Of a stretch of 64,000 bases of DNA, positions 28,201 to 41,831 are shown one piece after another. Source of the DNA: Phoronis australis. Lineage: Eukaryota; Animalia; Phoronida. The notes beneath the pieces were generated by a model. It did no database searches and was not told the origin of the DNA. It saw only the letters and a program-made list of their open reading frames with translations. A program made the translations under genes and the position numbers. Location of the stretch: NCBI GenBank assembly GCA_002633005.1, contig NMRA01000274.1, positions 415,143-479,142 on the forward strand, given 5' to 3'. Position 1 is the first letter of the stretch. Each line of letters begins with the position of its first letter.

Positions 28201-28441
28201 TTCATTATAGGTGAACGCAAGGAAAGCTGCAGAGAGAAAGTACCAAGAAACACTGAAGAATGCTGGTATTGACGAAGAATTTGTTCAGCGCAAAGGTCAA
28301 AAGTACCGTCCAAGCGATCACGTTAGTGATGCAGATAGCGACCAGGAAAGATCATTCTCCCCCATTCCTGACAACAACGGACTTTCTGATGGTGACATGA
28401 CTCCAGAGGGGTCGGATGACGAAAATGTTATGTTGGCCTGA
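19210..28441 (+). CDS. FAM161A: FAM161 family (UPF0564) centriolar/ciliary microtubule-binding protein; exon 2 is broken by an N at 21471
   Basis: Exons: 19210-19474, 20652-~21470 (end lost at the N), 22010-22580, 23735-23822, 25266-25430, 25855-25954, 28211-28441. The N-terminus MATNHSISVLTNSCIKPPINPQTG resembles FAM161A. Family motifs are ITIPKPFKMTLR, ECQKKFKATPAPAHIYVPLYDEIME, PFKAKP, IPDFERKH, RMEEYRRELDEMKSRVENRPLLFEQ and NARKAAERKYQETLK. Probably co-orthologous to vertebrate FAM161A and FAM161B. Confidence 0.92.
23014..23420. mobile_element. pogo/Tc1-like MITE remnant(s)
   Basis: TA-CAGTGAAGCTCGGTTACAAC (23354) and GTAGTAACGAGGTTCAACTG-TA (to 23420) form TA-flanked inverted ends. A related end TACAGCAAACCCTGCTTATAAC lies at 23014. 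Confidence 0.5.
23998..25028. repeat. Near-identical duplication around the N at 24511, each copy starting with a (TG/TGCG)n microsatellite
   Basis: ~23998-24510 versus ~24512-25028. Confidence 0.85.
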
Positions 28442-30667
28442 GCTATATTTTGTGTAAATTTTAGTGGAAAGTAACGCTGACTTTTTACAGAATGCTTTCT
28501 GAATTAACAATCATGACCATACGGAAGCAATACCTTGTTTTGACATACAAAAGATACCACTTATTGGTTTTCAACTAGTTTGTTGTCAGATTTGTCTTTG
28601 TCATCCGTACCAGTAATATCGCTTCTGCACAGGCACACAAAGCATTGCATTCAGATGCATGATTCCAGTTGTGAATTGTGTTTTTCCATTACAATTTAAT
28701 TCTGTTGAATCATCTTTCCTCTGCTCCTTGTGAAAGAAAAATTTTGTGGTGGAGCACATTATCCTAGAAGCAAGTGGCTCTGGTATGTCATGTAAACGAT
28801 GGTGTCAAAAAGGAGGACACACGTAAATATCTAACAACTTGATTGTTATGTTACGTCTTCCTCCGTGTATCCGTGATTTGTACTTCCTGTGTGTGAAGAA
28901 ACAGTGGCTGATCTTGTAAACACTCTAGCTAGATATACAAAACACGTGGCCACACTCTGTAAACGATATGGACTGGAGATTTAAAAATCTTGTAGCTGTA
29001 CCCAAAGATAGCACTGGTCAAACCTGGACGACATTCTATGGACAGGTGTATTTTGTACACAGTACATGGCTGGAGGTCGGGTACTACACTTGAACCTCCT
29101 GTTACTGGTTATTAACAACAAAATATTTGGTAGTCCGGCAGCTGGATTGTTCTTTACTCTGAGCTTACAATGTTCAATTTCTTCATAACTGACACTAATC
29201 CGTGCAACATTGGAATTGAAGGTAAGTCTCATTGGATCGGTATTTCCATGTAGTGCTATAATCACGTAAAGAAATTATATTTAATTTGACAAAAGTTACA
29301 TCATATATCATACTTGTATAGCCAGCATTATTACTAATTTGTAAGGAATTTTCACTGATCCGTGACGGGGGAAATTTTTGTTTTTGTATAAGCCATCATG
29401 TGTTCCTGTAGAGTGCTTCATGTTTGCATCATTCCATCTCATGACTGAACTTGTATAATCTCTTTCAACGCACAATGATACTAATGTCTGGTACGCTACA
29501 ATTTGTTTTGGTACTTTGAGTTTCATGTAAAATTTGCTATTTCATGAAATGTAATTATTATTAATGATTATTTTGATTGGATTTGAGAACTTTGTCTTAT
29601 GTTGAAACAATTCTTCATTATAATTTATTATGCTAAGTTGATGTTCATATAAAAAATGTAAATTGTTTCCCATGCTAAAATAGCATTTTTTTGCTCATCT
29701 GGGTTGTGCTGTATATATAAAGTTATGCTTTATTCAAATTATAATATTTATTTTTCTTTGGAATCAGGAACATGTTAGCTGTAGGTACTAGTTATACCTG
29801 TTCGATCGAATGTCGTAAGTCTGGCCATAGTCAAGACCATCATTAGCACGTGATTGTGATCGTGACCCGTTTTTAACTGGAACTAAACATTGCATCTGAC
29901 GCAAATGTTACCATTACGGGTTGTTCACACTCAGTACCAAACTTCATAAGCCACTTATATGAAATGCGTGTCAGTTGAAATCTTGGACAAGCCGGATTAT
30001 CGATGACTGGGCGTACGACCTTTGATGAAGAGGACCTCTGATGACCTCTAGTTTTTATTGTTGTTTTTGTGGTTATTTAGTTTTTGGAAGCCGAGTTGGG
30101 CTTTTTCAGTCTTATGGTCAGCTGCTAAATGTGAATCAATTGTATAAAGGTATGAAACTGTGTCATAGCGTAGAAGTAGTAGTTCATAACAACGAAGATT
30201 TTGGGTAACTGAGTAATTTCTCAACTGACATTCTGGTTTTAAACATGAATGTCAAATACAGATGAGTTAATTATAATTGTCACTTTCTTTATCTAAGGTA
30301 TAGACGGTAATCTACTTTTATCATCGAAAACACGACTTTGTTTTTGTACGATCCAACTCACAATACAGTTTTAGATTCACATATTATACAAATGTGATGT
30401 ATTTGTGGTACACTCACCTCAGCAGGATATATGATGAAACAGGTTGCCATGAGGGCGATCAACCAGGATTTCCAAAGGACAAGTATTAATGAAAGCCAAA
30501 AAATGGTATTCTGGCACCTTTTCTGGTCGTGGCAAATTTCCCTAGAAAATTTGCTTATGGACACCAGGGTTGCACGAGGCAGGTAAAAATTGTAAACAAC
30601 TTGTTGTGGAGTACCTTCAAAGCAGATGACCATTGTTGAATAAAACTGAAATTTACGATGACTGGAT

Positions 30668-30776
30668 GCAGGGGCGGATCCAGGATTTTTAATTGGGGGT
30701 GGGGGGNCCAAATAGAATCTGGGAGTTTTAGGGGGGGGGGGCATGGCTCACTTCGCCCCCCTCTAAATCGACCACT
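30668..30776. mobile_element. Short G-rich MITE-like insertion (contains an N)
   Basis: Ends CAGGGGCGGATCCA and TAAATCGACCACTG, with GGATG on both flanks as a possible target-site duplication. Confidence 0.55.
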
Positions 30777-32675
30777 GGGATGAAGCACGAAATTGGCATG
30801 AACTGCCAGGCGACAAGAGGTGATGAACCGGGGGATTGGTTAGTAATTACTTAGTAGTTAAGCATGTCTGCACCCTAATTATCTTCACCATCCCATGACC
30901 ACTATTTTCTACCCTGGCTGACAAAAGACACTCGGGTACACCACTGACCCTAGATTTTATGGATTCCAGGTTTGTGTAATTTTTAGGTGCTATGCTATCA
31001 CTTTCAGTTCAATGTTTTAATTAGGAAATGAACCATTGGTAGATTGAAATGAGTTAATTTTTGATAAATATTATAGAAACCAGTGGTTCATTTCACGAAC
31101 GAATTGACAATCAACAATGTCACAATAAAAACGCAAGTTAATCTAATTGACATAAATGTTATATTTAGTTTTCTCAAAATCTAATACAACAGTACTTCAG
31201 AGGAACATATTGCAGCATCTCTAACATTAAAATGTTTGCGTAAAGTGCACTCATGTCGTCTGCACAAACTAACAAATACAGAATGATTTTGTGTACAACA
31301 ACAAAGGATATGTCCTTTCTACGCATACAAGGGTAATAGTCGAATATAACTTGCCCACATTTTAAGAACCAGTTAGATGCCCGTTATTCAGTGGAGAAAA
31401 CGTTCTCAAAATGCGAGCATGTTGTGTCCGACTAATACCCATGCATGTATACACGTTTGCAAAACCACTTGGTACCAATTACACATTGAAATGAACAATC
31501 TGCAAGGAACTGTAATTATTTCATACCACGCATAATTTAAGTGACAGATTGCACAACTGCAACAGGATAAGTACTCGTCTTAAGCAAAGTATTTGATCAA
31601 TATTCGTTCACTGGGAAATTTGATTTATATGACAATACAATAGCTACAATAAATAATGACATGAACTATGCATAAATTGTAATAAATTACTACAACAAAA
31701 CCAATGTCAATAAAACACTACAACAATGACGCTGTTGGCAAATACCTTATTTTTTCCACTGCTCTGAATAATTTCTAATCTGTACATTACCAGGAATTTC
31801 CAGAAAACATCTGAAAAGACACTTTGCATCTGTCAAAAATTTCAAATGATAAAGGAAAATTGCCAAGCAAAAATGCATCCCGTAACGTGATTGTGTTGAA
31901 AGTCATATGCACATATTATCCGATGCCTTTACATTTGCATATTTTTCAAATCTGTCAGAACATCAGATTTTGTGACAAAGACAAGCTGGCCCATGACCCT
32001 ACCTTTGGGTGTAACTATTTCCAATGTCAGCAACATTTGTTATTCATCTGCATTCAAAGGTCAGAAATCTGATGACGTTTTGGATTTTGACTGACCCCAG
32101 ACTGTTTAGAAATAGACTTTTAAGCAACTGTTTGAGCAAGACAGCATGTTTGAGAAGGATACAGATTCACATTCGAAGAAAAATTAAAAATACTGTGCAA
32201 AGTCAAATGTAGAGAACGTTTTGCCTATCAATTGTACATCAAACATTCAGCTCCCAACAGAGGGCGCAATACCTGATATGAATATCCACAACACAGAACC
32301 ATGCTTGAATTACAGTATAAAAGTGGCAGCCAACACTACGAACATGGCAGAACAGTAAAATTTCTTTATAAGAAGATAATTTTACCCAACTATTTGAAAA
32401 CTTTATATAGTACATCTGTCATCAACAAACCCGCAATGGAATTTTGAACATTTTTGGAAATAGACTGAACATTTGAATGGCAATTGCGACCATATTTTTG
32501 TTGGAATTAGAGGACACTTTATCTGACACCCTATGCTACACTATTCCAGAGGGAGTGGAAGTAAAGTACTAGCAACCAGAGAGGCAGTTAAATACGATCA
32601 AACAGAGGTAGTTTCAGTCAAATACAGCAATAGGTGGTGAAAATATGTTGACTTCACGTGATTGCAACTTTTCAG

Positions 32676-35600
32676 TTAGCTTCTAGACATATCCTCTGTT
32701 ACATTATCGCGATTGTGTGGGTCACTGTCCGCATAGTCCCTGTTACCGGCAATCTCTTCATGATCAAGATGTTCGTTAATTATGTCACCATCGTAGACGA
32801 TCTCTTCTACCATAGTTTGGGGATTATGGGGGAAACCGGTTGCCATGGATACGATCTCTTGTGGCTGCGACAATACGACAACACTGGCACCACTAGAAGA
32901 TAGGTTGTTGGTTGATTCTGAAGAGTTGAATACTTCTAAAAAGAAAAAATAACACAAGAATATTTAGTGCCACAGTGAAGATTCTAGACGCTCACAACTA
33001 AGGAAACACATAAAGAATTGCTTCTGAAACTCAGGAATTCATCCAGATTGCCATGTCAGTGCGTTAACCCTATTTTAAAGGGACAATAAATCCGAGCTTT
33101 CTGTCAAAAAGCAACTTTTTATTTAGGCCTCTTACTGTTATAAATATCGGTCTCATCTTATTGCGTACTCAGATTAAAAATTATTTCTATGCTTGACAAG
33201 ATCGAACAAATCATTATTGCTTCAGACCAAACTTAGTAAGGTGCTCGCCACAGCAGGTTAGTTTCTGTCACCGATGCAGTAGCGCCTGTAGGGGGAATTC
33301 CACACGATTTATTGTAACCAGTTACATGCAGATGATAAGAGATTTTCCACTGTTACAGACTATTACCCAAAAGATGACAAAAAGAGGAAAATTTTCCAGG
33401 TGATGTATGGTTCCACAAATAAATAGGTTTGTGTGATTGAAATATATTTTGTGTAAGGTTGTAAAATATAACTGAAATAAATGTTTTTGAAGGGATAAAA
33501 TCAAAATAATGATAAAAAAGTGACGAAAAAAGAGCAAACTGGAAATCAAATGTGATGAAACTTAAACCAAAAAAGAGGAAATCCTCTTAAAAGAGGAAAA
33601 TTCCAAGGCCTGGAAGTGGAAACGTAATCAGCAGTAAGCAAGTCCAAGACTTTAGGATGCTATCTACAGTTGACATGATTTTAATTAATAGGTCTCTTGA
33701 TTATTTAAAATCAAGGACTCAACTGTGTTAATTTGAAGTTTGTTTTCACAAAATTCTAGTTTAAAGGTTTCGCAAATTAAGCCTAAGTTTACCACTGCCT
33801 GTTTATGTACAGGTGCTGCCACACTCAATCAAGCCCCGTCAACTCCAACAATACAACGGTCTTGGCACATGAGAGATTGAAAACTGGCAAAAAACTAAAA
33901 TTACAACTAGGGTGCACACCAGTAGTCAGAGAGGTCCGAAAATTGCTGTCATCCATCATCAGAGAAACACATCTGTCAAATCTCATCAAGATCCTGTGAA
34001 GGGTTTGTGAGATGCAGCTGCGGACGCCAGACGCCCAAACAGAGATGATGGCAATATGCACCCACATATAAATAAGTGGGCGTATGATACTCACTTTGAA
34101 AAAAGAAGAAAACATAAAATTCAAGGGACTGTATTTTTCACAAGACAAGTAATCATCAGCAATCTCAAATTTACCATCTGAGCCCAGCATGATTGGTCCA
34201 TATTTCAGTTGCTCGCTTTCTCCATCCAATGGTCGTGTAGTGACGGTGACCACTTGGACATCACTCAAGCCATCGTGAGTATACACTACCGATTCAGAGC
34301 CTTGGAAATCTGCAATGAGTAGCATTAACACTTATTTAAAAGAATACTAAGCGTCGTTTAGGTAATGTGGCTATTACCTCAGGACATACTGTTTCAACCA
34401 GTGGCGAGTGTAAAATGTTTTCATTCAATTTTACGTCAGTCACACAAGCAGTAAAACATGGCCAGCTTAAACTTCCCGTTTTCTGTGGTTAAACTGTCGC
34501 TGTGGTCAGAATCGAGCTTACAACTGTTCATCTTTTATGAGTCATCTCACTTTGAAATTGACCTGTCACCAGGATTTTGAGTGACGGCTTAACTGACCAA
34601 TCAGAACACAACAATCTTGACACACCTTCGTTTCCAAGCTTCCATTTTATCCGGCAAACAATGCGTTGCCAGGTAAAACTTGTGTGTTTGTAAACATTTC
34701 GCAAGGCGGCGGAGCTTGCGATAGATCAGTTGGTCAATTTGACCTTCCGAAGCACCACTTGATGTAAATTTAAATAATGAACGCTGTGACAATTCTCAAT
34801 TCTTACTGACATTGCAGACCAAAGATGAAAAGCCATGTACATGATGAAATGACCGGCATAACAGAGATGGTAAAATCTTCGTTAACTGTGCCTAGTACAT
34901 AAATTTGTTTGACAAATTTCCAAATTCCACTCATAATAATTGAAATACAGTTGCAATTTCAGCTGTTCATACCACAGCAAATTGAAACTTGGATTAACAG
35001 CAGATCAAAGAGGGGGTTGAGAAAAGGCTTTGATGAATAGAGGCACAATGTTCTGCAATTTCAAATGACGAGCTTCACAACCAAATTTCACGTTCTGGTT
35101 CAACGAGACCCGATGGAAAATGCAAGAAAGTGACGAACCATGATAAAGCAGCATGTCATCTTCTTGTCTCAGTACAAGCACGTTCTGTTGACGATCATGT
35201 TGGCCTTGAATAAAACCTATAAACACAAGACGAGAAATGTAAACTTGAGTTGCAACACATATGTTGGTAGAATGAAACAGTAAAACTTGTTCGCTTTGTA
35301 TGAAGACAACATAGTTCAAAAATTCTACACTCAAATTCATTGTTAAAAATCACCATATAGCGAATTACAGCACAACTTTTTTAAAATGAAATTTAACAAT
35401 AACCATCAGATAAAGAAATTGAAATTAAAAAATGCAATAATAATTAATAACTAACACAATGGTAACAACAACCATAACAACAATAATAATAATAATAATC
35501 ACTTGAAATACATTCACAAGATCAGCAGTCAATTTCATGCTTCATAGCTTAGTTATCTAACCTTTGTCATTCAAGAGGATTTGAGGACTTTAATTACTGC

Positions 35601-38600
35601 AGGGGTGTAATAAATTCAAATAAGCAAAAGTTTGCCTCCAAAAGTTTAAAATCAAACAAACTGGAACGAAGAAACCCTATCAAAAATCACTCACTGTGTA
35701 TTGTGTCAGCTTTCTTCGCGTCCTCGTGGGTTTTCTCCAACAGGTGCTTCCTCTTGTGGACATTACGACTACCGATCTGAGAGAACGTCTTACCGCAGAC
35801 GTCGCAAGAGAACGGCTTCTTACCTGTAACATTCCATAATGTATCTTTAAAAGCGTTGCCACGCAATTCTAGAGTGGACAAATGGAAGCTCAGAACTCTG
35901 GTGCGAAACTACTAACTGTGAATGAAAAGACAACAATCATTGTAAAGACTCACAAAGAAATCTCACCAATATCGGACAAAAGTAGCCACTCAAAATTCAA
36001 GGGCTTCTGCTTTTGATGTGAATGTCCACAACTCTTTGAAATGTTTAGAGGAGGTAACTGAGGTATAGAAGTTGAACATGGAAAAGTATTAATTCCGTGC
36101 TACATATCATTTACTGAAAAAAATGAGAAAATAAATTTCCACTATTTGCCATATTGTGACCTAAATTGATGAGATTTTACCACGATTCGGAAATGAAACA
36201 CAAAATACCGTTGGCATTTCCCACACATCTGGATATTATCACTCCATGTAATATTTAGACAGCAACTCAAAAGCAGACGCATTTCTATTCATTATCAGAG
36301 AACATCACAGACTGCAGAACACTGCAATCCAGCTGTCTAATCAACATTTCTAGACTAGCCAAATATACAAATGCAGTTCTGCTAACAATACCATATTGCT
36401 ACAGTTGCTACTGCCTGTTAAATGTATTAGACAAACAGCAACTGTCGCGAATTATGATGTGTTAAGTTTTGAATCTGAGTTGAGTCCGTATTTGGAGATT
36501 AGATCCTTTTAATGGTTAACAACAATGACAATCACACTATTACGTCCCACATTGGAAATCTTGAACAATGCATTTAATGTGGTCCAGTTATCTATTTTAT
36601 TCACCAGATGAATTTCAGGGTTTTATGCAACCAAGCCTGGTCATCAACAAAATAACTCCAGTTAATTATAAACTAAAAACCCGTGACCAACGTCAAGCAA
36701 CAAGCGTTCACGTTACTCATTATCGAATCTGGACATTACCTGAGTGGGTGAGCATATGCTTCTTTAAGCTCGACTGCTCCGCAAATTTCTTGGTGCATCC
36801 TGGCTCGTAACAGGCAAATGGCTTTTCACCTAATTCAGAAACGCAATTTACAGAAGATGCGAATAACATCAGTACAGCATGCATATACATAGTGTATTTG
36901 GTCACTTACAGTGGTCCCAGATTTTGAAAACCTGTTTGACGGCTGTTCATCAGTGGAGAAAACTGGTCCTCGAAATGCAGGATACATGTAAGAGACTATC
37001 AACGTGTATTCAATAGCCATTTTAAGATCTCTATTTTAAGATAACGGATTATTTCCTATTCAAAACTCCATGCATTCATGCAAGTGGTTACATGGCTGTT
37101 GAGTGTTAAGCGCTTTTGGGTCGCATAAAAACAGAAAGGAGCCTCTTGTAACTTATCACGTGAGATGTTTCGGAGACAGGTTCAGCTAAAAACGGATTGA
37201 CTTTAAAAAAATAATATTTCTACCCAAATACAGACAGAACAGAAAAATAAGAATGAATAGCTTAATGTTTAAACATATACCATGTTGAAAACATTTTGTG
37301 AATGTGTCATAATCCTTGAAAAATGCTTGTCTTCATGATTTTACTGACTATAAACCCTTCCCTAGTCATTTACAATGAGAGATAAATCAATAAACACAAC
37401 AGCACCTGTGTGAGTGCGCATATGATTCTGTAGGTTGCCTGCCGTCGAGAATGACTTGGCACAGTTACTGCATGTGTATGGCTTCTCGCCGGTGTGGGAA
37501 CGTGCGTGAACTTGAAGACGTTGATTCGTGTAGAAAGACTTTCCACAATCAGGACACTTGTGAAGACGTTTGTTTCTGGAAGAACAGTGGTAACATCAAT
37601 TTTTTGCAACAATCACAGCAAGCAGCATGGTAATAATTATACCAGCAATGCTCCAAACAAAATATGCTTTTCGATAATTAATGTCTTGTATCACACAGGA
37701 ATACTGATAATGCCAGCATTTGAAATCTTCAAACATGTTACGAACAACAAGTATCTTCTGACCCCTTCGCCCTCGGGTAAGCATGAAAAGGCGGGAATTT
37801 TCGACATCCTACTCACTTATCAAGCCAACATTTTATGACTCACTAAAATGTGACCTCATCACAAGGTTTGTGACCCAATTATTCCGCTCAAAAAAATCCA
37901 GAAACAAACTAAACGTAACTAAAAGCAATCCCAGCTGTGAGGATTGACTTATGGGAAGACACAACTGCAAAAAAACACTCAACTATTCCTAAGGCTTTTC
38001 AATAAAAAATGTATTGCCTGTATACCATAGAGCAATTCAGTGTGTAAAAGTTATATTTAGCTACTGGCTCTAGAAGGAAAGCACACTAGAAGTGACGTAG
38101 GCAAAAATGAACACGTCACTTCTCAATTCAAAGAAACAATTTCCCAAACACGTCTGCTCTCGGATGCCCGTGCACTTTTTAGAGATCAGTAAAAATGCCA
38201 ATGCATGTGACAGTAGTCTGCATGGATACTTTCCAGAGATGCCTAAAAGGTTTTATTGCCAGAGACAACACAAAACATACTCGTGAGTAAGCAGATGATA
38301 CTTTAAGTGCGCAGGCCAGGCAAACTTCTTGTCGCACCCTTGATAGTCACATTTTAGCATCTTCTGACCAGAGTGCGTGCTGCGGTGCAGCTTGAGATAG
38401 GACTCTGAGGGGAACTGACGATCACAGTCTTGGCAGGGAAAGATCTTGGTCCTTTGCACTAGAAGACAGGAAATTATCGTTGACTGTTAATGTGTGAGTC
38501 AATATTCACCAATTGGCATTAATATAAAAACATTCCTCTTTTTATCATGCGATTAGAGTGAGAACAGACGAGTAACTTAACGTAAAAGCGAAATTATAAA

Positions 38601-41600
38601 TATGAAAAAATTCTTAAACCAGCGTGGAGATGTATAACGCACACTGCTTAACTCTGGTCAGCATGCCACCTATGGCCACATCATGTGACCTAATGAATAT
38701 AAAACGGGGCAGAAATCTTTTCAGACTCATATTCATTAGGTCACATGATGTGGCCATAAGTGCCGTGCTGACCAGATTTAAAAATGTTTGTCATAAAAAT
38801 AAAATTATTCATATTTTCAAAATTTAAGGCACTGACAATGCATAAAATGCTGATTACATACATTAGGAGTAACAGAGCACAAATATGCCACTCCCTGACA
38901 ACTTCTCTACACTTTTACAGGCAATTCCACTAAAAACTCCAGCTCAATTTTTAATATGTACCATGTACTAACTTTTGGTATTGCGGAATAGGCAAATAAA
39001 AATAAAATTGTCACTATGGACCACATCAGAAGGAGATAATGGTGGACGCAAGAACAGTGAAGTATTATTTGGCATTACACAAGAAGTTGGAGAATTCCCA
39101 AAATCGATGACTGTTATTCTCTTCGTGAAAGAAACACATAATATGCAAATTTCATGAATATACAACCAAGGTTTTCGGAAAGAGGCAACCTGTACCTACA
39201 TCATATACATGTGGGCGCGTAACAAAGACTATATTACCCGTTTTATCACTTTGGGTCGGACTAACAGCATACTCTTTGCTGATCTTCTCTTGCGCATCCG
39301 TGAAGATATTCTGTATGCCTTGAAGGTATGCTAGTCTGGACAGTCCTTGGCTGTCTAATAAAACATTGCCAATCAGNNNNNNNNNNNNNNNNNNNNNNNN
39401 NNNNNNNNNNNNNNNNNNNNNNNNNNNNNNNNNNNNNNNNNNNNNNNNNNNNNNNNNNNNNNNNNNNNNNNNNNNNNNNNNNNNNNNNNNNNNNNNNNNN
39501 NNNNNNNNNNNNNNNNNNNNNNNNNNNNNNNNNNNNNNNNNNNNNNNNNNNNNNNNNNNNNNNNNNNNNNNNNNNNNNNNNNNNNNNNNNNNNNNNNNNN
39601 NNNNNNNNNNNNNNNNNNNNNNNNNNNNNNNNNNNNNNNNNNNNNNNNNNNNNNNNNNNNNNNNNNNNNNNNNNNNNNNNNNNNNNNNNNNNNNNNNNNN
39701 NNNNNNNNNNNNNNNNNNNNNNNNNNNNNNNNNNNNNNNNNNNNNNNNNNNNNNNNNNNNNNNNNNNNNNNNNNNNNNNNNNNNNNNNNNNNNNNNNNNN
39801 NNNNNNNNNNNNNNNNNNNNNNNNNNNNNNNNNNNNNNNNNNNNNNNNNNNNNNNNNNNNNNNNNNNNNNNNNNNNNNNNNNNNNNNNNNNNNNNNNNNN
39901 NNNNNNNNNNNNNNNNNNNNNNNNNNNNNNNNNNNNNNNNNNNNNNNNNNNNNNNNNNNNNNNNNNNNNNNNNNNNNNNNNNNNNNNNNNNNNNNNNNNN
40001 NNNNNNNNNNNNNNNNNNNNNNNNNNNNNNNNNNNNNNNNNNNNNNNNNNNNNNNNNNNNNNNNNNNNNNNNNNNNNNNNNNNNNNNNNNNNNNNNNNNN
40101 NNNNNNNNNNNNNNNNNNNNNNNNNNNNNNNNNNNNNNNNNNNNNNNNNNNNNNNNNNNNNNNNNNNNNNNNNNNNNNNNNNNNNNNNNNNNNNNNNNNN
40201 NNNNNNNNNNNNNNNNNNNNNNNNNNNNNNNNNNNNNNNNNNNNNNNNNNTATATTTAGCTACTGGCTCTAGAAGGAAAGAACACTAGAAGTGACGTAGG
40301 CAAAAATGAACACGTCACTTCTCAATTCAAAGAAACAATTTCCCAAACACGTCTGCTCTCGGATGCCCGTGCACTTTTTAGAGATCAGTAAAAATGCCAA
40401 TGCCTGTGACATTAGTCTGCATGGATACTTTACAGAGATGCCTAAAAGGTTTATTGCCAGAGACAACACAACACATACTCGTGTGTAAGCAGATGATACT
40501 TTAAGTGCGCTGGCCAGGCAAACTTCTTGTCGCACCCTTGATAGTCACATTTTAGCATCTTCTGACCAGAGTGTGTGCTGCGGTGCAGCTTGAGATAGGA
40601 CTCCGAGGGGAACTGACGATCACAGTCTTGGCAGGGAAAGATCTTGGTCCTTTGCACTAGAAGACGGGAAATTATCGTTGACTGTTAATGTGCAACTCAA
40701 TATTCACCACGTGGCATTAATGTAAAAACGTTCCTCCTTTTACCATGCGATTAGGGTGAGAACAGATGAGCGACTAAACGTAAAAGTGAAATTATAAATA
40801 TGAAAAAATTCTTAAACCGGCGTGGAGATGTATATCACACACTGCTTAAGTCTGGTCAGCACGCCACCTATGGCCACATCACGTGACCTAATGAATAAAA
40901 AACGGGGCAGAAATCTTTTCAACCTCATATTCATTAGGTCACGAGATGTGGCCATAAGTGCCGTGCTGACCAGATTTAAAAATGTTTGTCATAAAAATGA
41001 AATTATTCATATTTTCAAAATTTAAGGCACTGGCAATGCATAAAATGCTGATTACATACATTAGGAGTAACAGAGCACATGTATGCCACTCCTTGACAAC
41101 TTCTCTACACTTTTACAGACAATTCCACTAAAAACTTCAGCTCAATTTTTAATACGTACATGTACAAACTTTTGGTATTGCGGAAGAGGCAAACAAAAAT
41201 AAAATTGTCACTATGGACCACATCAGAAAAAGAAAATGGTGGACGCAAGAACAGTGAAGTGTTATTAGGGGTCACACAAGACGTTGGAGAATTCCCAAAA
41301 TTGATGCCTGTTATTCTCTTCGTGAAAGAAACACGTATGCAAATTTCATGAATATACAACCAAGGTTTTCGGAAAGAGGCAACCTGTACCTACATCATAT
41401 ACATGTGGGCGCGTAACAAAGACTATATTACCCGTTTTATCACTTTGGGTCGGACTAACAGCATACTCTTTGCTGATCTTCTCTTGAGCATCCGTGAAGA
41501 TATTCTGTATGCCTTGAAGGTATGCTAGTCTGGACAGTCCTTGGCTGTCTAATAAAACATTGCCAATCAGACCAGCTTCTACTACTCCCTTCTCCGAATT

Positions 41601-41831
41601 ATTCGCCAGCACAAGCACTGGCTTGTTCTTATCACAATTCAATGAGGCACCATTTGCTATGTTAAACGTCAAAAACTGTTTGCTTCCTTTCTGTAGCACA
41701 TCGGAGCCAATACTGAGTGATACAAATTGACGTTTGGAATTCGCCAAGTCGTTGGGATTCTCTCTACTTTCTGTACGTTGGTTTCCATCTTGTGACAATG
41801 TGCGCGAGGTAGTTGAATGACTAGATTCCAT
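32676..41831 (-). CDS. ZNF410: C2H2 zinc-finger transcription factor, ZNF410 orthologue, ~467 aa with six fingers
   Basis: Exons: 41390-41831 (ATG at 41831, acceptor at 41853), 40479-40656 (duplicate 38281-38458), 37406-37575, 36740-36829, 35695-35823, 34175-34309, 32676-32935; phases are consistent. The helices [32 protein letters not shown] and QIGSRNVH match the five ZNF410 fingers as I recall them. The position tail-to-tail with FAM161 also matches ZNF410. Probable non-coding exons at ~43626-43773 and ~45056-45130. Confidence 0.88.
34567..34725 (+). repeat. Dispersed repeat; second copy at ~43996-44133 (both in ZNF410 introns)
   Basis: Shared CACCAGGATTTTGAGTGA, AATCTTGACACACCTTCGTTT and GGAGCTTGCGATAG. 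Confidence 0.8.
38053..41570. repeat. ~1.3-kb duplication flanking the N gap 39377-40250, including ZNF410 exons (likely haplotype artefact)
   Basis: 38053-39376 versus 40251-41570. The exon peptides are identical and each copy ends at the gap edge. Confidence 0.85.
38653..38776. mobile_element. TTAA-flanked palindromic MITE-like hairpin (48-bp arms); second copy at 40851-~40975
   Basis: TCTGGTCAGCATGCCACCTATGGCCACATCATGTGACCTAATGAATAT pairs with ATATTCATTAGGTCACATGATGTGGCCATAAGTGCCGTGCTGACCAGA; TTAA lies one base outside each arm. Confidence 0.7.

Noticed and set aside
39328-40272. Long ORFs of 297-314 aa
   Set aside because: These are translations of the N gap.
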